Assembly (NCBI RefSeq): GCF_004010195.1
Contig: NC_057752.1
Span: 1,149,525-1,189,974 of the forward strand
Direction: 5' to 3'
Length of the DNA stretch: 40,450 nucleotides
Source of the DNA: Chiloscyllium plagiosum
Taxonomy: Eukaryota
Of this stretch, positions 35,067 through 40,450 are shown one piece after another. How positions within the stretch are numbered: position 1 is the stretch's first letter; the number at the start of each line of letters is the position of its first letter. The notes beneath the pieces are model-generated. The model ran no database searches and was not told where the DNA came from. It saw only the letters and a list, made by a program, of their open reading frames with translations. The translations under genes were made by a program, and so were the position numbers.

Positions 35067-35979
35067 AACAAGTTTTTTGTGAGGCTCAATCTAAATCATT
35101 TGTTTCAATATTTTAAAAATGCCTGTGTGGAAGACTAATGCTGAGAAAATCACTTGCAGCCATGATGGCTTCTACAGTCAAATACTTGCTCTCGCAAAAG
35201 GATTGATTTTTATTACACTCACTTCACATTAATGTGGCAGCAAGGACCTCAAAATGAGGGTCAATTTACCATCTAGTTACTAATGCCAATGTGACCTGGC
35301 TCCATGTTACAATGGGTTTGCTGCCAGCTAGGGCAAAGTGCCAGTCGGTATTGGGTGATCATATGACATTTGATCTGATATAAATAGGAACCCAATTGCC
35401 TCTTTCAGTCTGAACTGGACAGGAAGTCTGTAGTTCCACAGACAAGATGCCCAGTAAACAGGAGCCCCTCCTCAGCAGGGGGACCAAGTGTCCCCAGGCC
35501 TACCTGGGATGCATTGTATCCTGGAAGTCCTCTCTGCCAGCAGGCAGTGGGGTTGGTCCTGGTGCATGCAGCAAGCACTACAGATTGGTGCTTGGAGCTC
35601 TCTTGAGGATGTCTGGCAGTTGGCCTCTGAGCCAACAGCATCAGAACTGGGGCAAGCAACACACTTGCCTCCCCCTACCCCACCATTACGCAAGGCCTCT
35701 CATTCACTCTGCCCCCAAGTCCGCTTCCTGTCCAAGCTATAACCTACCCATCCTGACAACCAAGTCTCCCTTTTTTTTCCACCCAGAGTTGGTCACCCTG
35801 TGGCACGGTTACACCTTGTCCATTGCTAATGATTCTGCTTTGCCAACTAACTTCACGTCTGGGGCAAGTGTTTGAGTCTATTACAAACCATCCGCATTTG
35901 CAGTGTGTACAATACTTACTCCATTTCTAGTTCAGACTTGGATAATTCAACAATTCAAATACCTTCCCTTATGCCTAAG

Positions 35980-36150
35980 ACAAAGTTAAAAATCACACAA
36001 CAAAAGATTATAGTCCAACAGGTTGATTTAGAAGCACTGGCTTTAGCAGCACTCTGAAAGCTAGTACTTCCAATTAAACCTGTTGGACTATAAACTGGTT
36101 TTGTGTGATTTTTAACTTTGTCCACCCCAGTCCAACACCGGCATCTCCTC
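35980..36150. mobile_element. Family B Penelope-like short inverted insertion; another copy at about 38568-38712
   Basis: caaagttaaaatcacac...tatagtccaacagg paired with cctgttggactata...gtgtgatttttaactttg. Core remnant gcagcactctGAAAGCTAgt. Confidence 0.65.
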
Positions 36151-36539
36151 ATTATAATAAGACAGTAGGCCATTCAGCCCATCAGGTCTGTTCCACCATT
36201 CAGTGAGAACATGGCTGATCTGATCATCCTCAACTCCACTTTCCTGCCTTTTCCTCCATAACTCCTGATTCCTTTCCTGATTAAAAATCTGTCTGCTCAG
36301 TCCTAAATATTCTGAATTATCCAGCCTCAACAGCCCTCTGCAGGAAAGAATTCCACGGATTCACTGCCCTCTGAAAGAAAAACTTCCTTATATTCAGATC
36401 TTAGATCAAATTACGATATGAGGCATCTGCTCACCTGTTTCTGTTCCTCGCTTGTATTTCATGGTAAAATCGTAACATCTGCAGTTTTGCTGCAGCTTGA
36501 CTTTAATCTTCTTGGCAATCAGCTACAGTGGACAGAGAT

Positions 36540-36865
36540 GACTGTCCTCTCTGAACTTTCTCCCAGTGAGATAGGAATGGAGTTTCTCACATCCACACAT
36601 GTCTGCCACATGCTCTCACTGTGCGTTGGCATATCTGGTCACAGATAATATTGTCACAGTTCTCGATGTGAATTTTAGTGCATTTCCCACTTGCATCAGG
36701 GCTGCTCCCAGTCCTTTTGTAGAAATATTTATTGACAGAGTGACAACTTTCTTCCTGTTGGGGTATGACAGACTTTGTCTTCTTGAGCATTGATGTGGTG
36801 GGTTTGTGAAACTTCTTTTGTGTGATTCTGACCACTGGTCCTCAGCATCTTCTCTGACCATCTTT
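36540..36865 (-). mobile_element. Ty3/Gypsy pol fragment (RNase H), decayed
   Basis: LSYPNRKKVVTLSINISTKGLGAALMQVGNALKFTSRTVT...RYANAQ*EHVADMCGCEKLHSYLTGRKF matches the Gypsy RNase H pattern (DAS.GLGA.L.Q...FASR...RYA..E.E.LA..GCEKFH.YL.GR.F). Confidence 0.8.
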
Positions 36866-36980
36866 CAGTGGCCCAGCATGAATTTATTGAATGGCAGAAC
36901 AGACTCAAGGGGCTGAAAAGACCATTCAGTTCCATATTTCTTGCTTTGTCCTGGATAGAGTCAAGCATCTTGAGTGTATG

Positions 36981-37342
36981 TAGAATCATAGGATCCCTAC
37001 AGTGTGGAAACAGACCATTTGACACAACAAGCCCACACCGGCCCTCTGAACAGCATCACACCCAGACCCAACCCCCCTACCCTGTCCCTGTAGCCCTGCA
37101 TTTCCCATGGCTAATCCATCCTAACCGACACACACCTGGACACTACAGGTATTTAGCGTGGCCAATTCACCTAACCTGCACATCTTTGGACTGTGGGAGA
37201 AAACCGGAGCACCCGGAGGAAACCCACGCAAACACGGGGAGAATGTGCAAACTCCACACAGACAGTAGCCCAAGGCTGGAATCAATTCTGAGTCCCTGGC
37301 GCTGTGAGGCAGCGGTGCTAACCACTGAGCCGCCGTGCCACC
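36981..37342 (-). mobile_element. HE1-type SINE inserted in a LINE fragment
   Basis: Minus strand: ggtggcacggcggctcagtggttagcaccgctgcctcacagcgccaggg plus V-domain. Confidence 0.9.
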
Positions 37343-37746
37343 TTGTCCTGGATGGTGTCAAGCTTCTTGAGTGTTATTGGAGCTGCCATCCAGGTAAGTG
37401 GGGAGTAATCCATCACACTCCTGACTCGTGCCTTGTAGATGGTGGACAGGCTTTGGGGAGTCAGTTACTCACAATAGTGCTAGCTTCTGACCTGCCCTTG
37501 TCATCACTGTGTTTATATGCAAGATCTGGTGGTGGTTCTGGTCACTGGCACTGGATATGAGAGTGGGAAATTCAGAGACGGTAATTTATTGATATTAAGT
37601 GGAAATTAATGATTGGATTCTCTCTTTTTGGTGATGGTCATTGCCTGCCATTTGTGTGGCATGAATGCGATTTGCCACTTGTCAGCCCAAGCCTGGATAT
37701 TGTCCAGATCTTGCTGCATTTGAACATGGACTGCTTCAGTATCGGA

Positions 37747-38232
37747 GACAAAAAAAACTGCAGATGCTGGAATCCAAGGTAGACAAGCAGGAGGCTGGAA
37801 GAACACAGCAAGCCAGGCAGTATTGGGAGGTGGAGAAGTCAACGTTTTGGGTGCAACCCTGCTTCACAACTGAAGGTGGCTGTAGGGAGAGCTGCAGATA
37901 AAGGGGTGGGGTAGGGTGGTGAGGTGGGGATAGGTGAAGACAGGTAGGTCAATGGGAGGAATGAATCTGGTTGGTGGCTAGGAGGAAGGGTCAATGAGAG
38001 GAATGGAAGGGAGGTGGAGGGGCTGGGAAGGCAGTCAGGGGATGGGAAGGGAGGTTATTTGAAATTGGAGGACTCAGTGTTGAGTCCTCCAAGCCGAAGG
38101 CTGCCCAGGCGGAAGGTGAGGTGTTGTTCCTCCAATTTGTGGTTTGGTTTGGTTTGTTGTGGCAATGGAGGAGGCCAAGGATGGTCATGTCGGAAAGGGA
38201 GTTGGGAGGAGAATTAAAATGGGTGGTGACTG
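37747..38232 (-). mobile_element. Penelope-like element 3' part (GIY-YIG C-terminus plus family D terminus)
   Basis: Minus strand: FNSPP/SDMTILGLLHCH.../KLEEQHLTFRLGSLRLGGLNTESSNFK*, then a pyrimidine-rich 3'UTR and decayed core gtgaagcagggttgcacccaaaacgtt. Confidence 0.8.
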
Positions 38233-39585
38233 AGTGGTTTTTAAATTCTGCAATCTGGTCCTATTGCCCTGTGACCGGTACAGGCACGATGGGCTAAATG
38301 GCCTCCTGTACTGTAATAATTCTGATGAAAGCACAGCTTTAATATTCAAAAGCCAGAACATGCTTCAAGAACATTTGAACTTTCCTTGAGCTCCTTCTTT
38401 ACTACCAGCTGATCCAGATCATATTCACTGTACACACCTTCAACAAACCAAACCAGTTTGGAATAATCTTGGTTCACTCAACACCCTGCAATTAATCACC
38501 CCCTGATTCATTCTTTTAATTCTCCTGAGTGTTGAAGTTCCACCCCCCCACCATATCCCTGGATTGCCATGATGTGGAGGTGCCAGTGATGGACTGGGGT
38601 AGACAAAATCGAAAGTCACACGACACCAGGTTATAGTCCAAAAGCGCTCCAAAAGCTTGTGATTTCAAATAAACCTGTTGGACTATAACCTGGTGTCGTG
38701 TGACTTTTGACTTTCTCCCTGCATTGCACTTTCAAGTTGTACTGTGGAATGCCCTGTAAGCTGTGCAGGATCTGATCGAGCCCCTTTACTACAGTGAATT
38801 GCCCTAAAACCTCAAATGAAAGCAGATGCTGGAAACCTGAAACAAATGTGAAGAATTCTGGGCAAGGGTCACACTGGTCTGTTGCTCTCTCCACAGATTC
38901 CACCAGATCTGCTGAGGGTGTTCTCTGTCTCTGTTTTGCTCTTAAACCTGAGTGGGTGTCCCTGTTGGACAATCTGAGGTGGGGTTCTAGCCATTGTAAG
39001 TCGCAATGTGATGTAATAATAGTTCATTTGTTCTTGAGGGTCTTCGCTGACCAATGTTGACCGTGATACCATGAGCATTCCCTCTCTTCTTTGAATCACA
39101 TCATTAGATCTTTCCATGGTCTGCACCATTGGGTGGATAGTGTCAGCTTACTGGCTAATCTGGATCGTGCCTTTGCTGTGTTTAATTTTTTTTTAAACTC
39201 TGGCATTGTACACGAGGGAGTATCAAAGACCATGAGTAAGCTGTCACTCCTTCAGGCCTTGAGCGTTACCGTTGATACATCTGACTGTATTCAGCACTGA
39301 TTGCTTTAAGCAGAAAATCCTGTATTTAGCTCACAACATTTGTTGTGGTTTCCCTCACTTTGGCAAACAGTGGAATTAACACTCCAGCCGTCCATGGCAG
39401 GTTAATAACACCAAACAAAGCTTCCTCTGGAATGTCTTGAGGGTTTCTGTCTCCGTTGACCTTTCAGGTATTAACTGCACTAGGCGGAGGGTGAAAAAAA
39501 TGTTCTCAACTCTCCTGTAATCCTTCCACCAATTACTTTAAATCTATGTCCCCTCAATGTGTCCTTCCTGCTAAGGGAACTAGGT

Positions 39586-39888
39586 CATAGAATCATTACA
39601 GTGTGGAAGCAGGCCATTTGGCCCATTGAGTCCACACTGACCCACTGAAGAGCATCTCGCCCAGAGCAACCCCCTACTCTATCCCTGTAACCCACCTAGC
39701 CAGCATATTCCTGGACACTATGGGGCAATTTAATCAACCTAACCTGCACATCTTTGGACTTTGAGAGGAAGCCCACGCAGACACGGGGAGAATATGAAAA
39801 CGGCACACAGACAGTTGCCCAAGGGTGGAATTGGACCCAGTCCCTGCTGCCGTGAGGCAGCAATGCTAACCACTGAGCCACAGTGCCA
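39586..39888 (-). mobile_element. HE1-type SINE
   Basis: Minus strand: ggcactgtggctcagtggttagcattgctgcctcac...ctccccgtgtctgcgtggg...agtccaaagatgtgcaggttagg. Confidence 0.85.
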
Positions 39889-40167
39889 TCTTTCTTCCCC
39901 CTCTCTCAAGGGCCTTTATACTTCAATGCACCTCAATTAAATCTCTTCTCAGCCTTGTCACATATGCTGCAAGGCCCTGTTAAAACACAATGAATACTGT
40001 AAAAAAAATATATATTGGTCTTGAAGGGAGTGCAAATTAACTAGAATGATATTGCAACTCCAAGGGTTACATTACGAGACTAAATCACATAATGGGAGCT
40101 CTACACCCTGGAATTTAAAAGTTTAAGAGGTGATTTACTTAAAGTTTTCAAGATATTAAGGGGAGCA

Positions 40168-40170
<3 letters not shown>

Positions 40171-40203
<33 letters not shown>

Positions 40204-40211
40204 CGCGCGTG
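40171..40211 (+). repeat. (GT)n/(GC) microsatellite
   Basis: gtgtgt...gtgcgtgcgcgcgtg. Confidence 0.95.
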
Positions 40212-40246
40212 CAGGATGAAAAGGCATAACCTAATCATTCGAAGCA

Positions 40247-40450
40247 GACATAGAACGATACAGCGCAGAACAGGCCCTTCGGCCCACGATGTTGTGCCGG
40301 ACATTTATCCTAGCTTAAGCACCTATCCATGCACCTATCCAATTGCCGCTTAAAGGTCACCAATGATTCTGACTCTGCCACTCCCACAGACAGCGCATTC
40401 CATGCCCCCACCACTCTCTGGGTAAAGAACCTACCCCTGACATCCCCCCA
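40247..40450 (-). mobile_element. CR1-type LINE 3' end (CpG-retaining, probably young; truncated by the window end)
   Basis: catagaacgatacagcgcagaacaggcccttcggcccacgatg...gcattccatgcccccaccactctctgggtaaagaacctacccctgacatc. Confidence 0.7.

Noticed and set aside
34358..35089. 243-aa minus-strand ORF, and a superficially CRISPR-like periodic array
   Set aside because: The ORF is read-through of a stop-free 49-bp tandem repeat cycling through three frames. Units are contiguous with no unique spacers, and there are no cas genes in this vertebrate DNA.
36868..37560. 230-aa plus-strand ORF
   Set aside because: Antisense read-through of an HE1 SINE and LINE fragments.

Overview
Repeat-dense vertebrate genomic DNA. 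The HE1-type SINEs, CR1 LINEs and Penelope-like elements indicate an elasmobranch (shark). The only host coding exon I can support is the first coding exon of a formin-like gene on the minus strand (23754-23867, [48 protein letters not shown]2/FMNL3 type, FMNL3 favoured). It has a CpG-rich 5'UTR/promoter at about 23.9-24.5 kb. Positions 1-23753 appear to be its intron 1, since no exon 2 was found; 24.5-40.4 kb is upstream sequence with a 529-N gap. The most striking signal is a set of short (about 100-230 bp) insertions from several Penelope-like families. They carry minimal hammerhead-ribozyme cores (CTGANGA-stem II-GAAA-palindromic stem III), many are built as inverted hairpins flanked by 10-16 bp target duplications, and one has seeded a 13x49-bp minisatellite. 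Intron 1 also holds a CpG-rich E2F/CCAAT/CRE promoter-like island with splice donors on both strands and two candidate phase-0 alternative first exons. CTCF-like motifs flank the promoter region.
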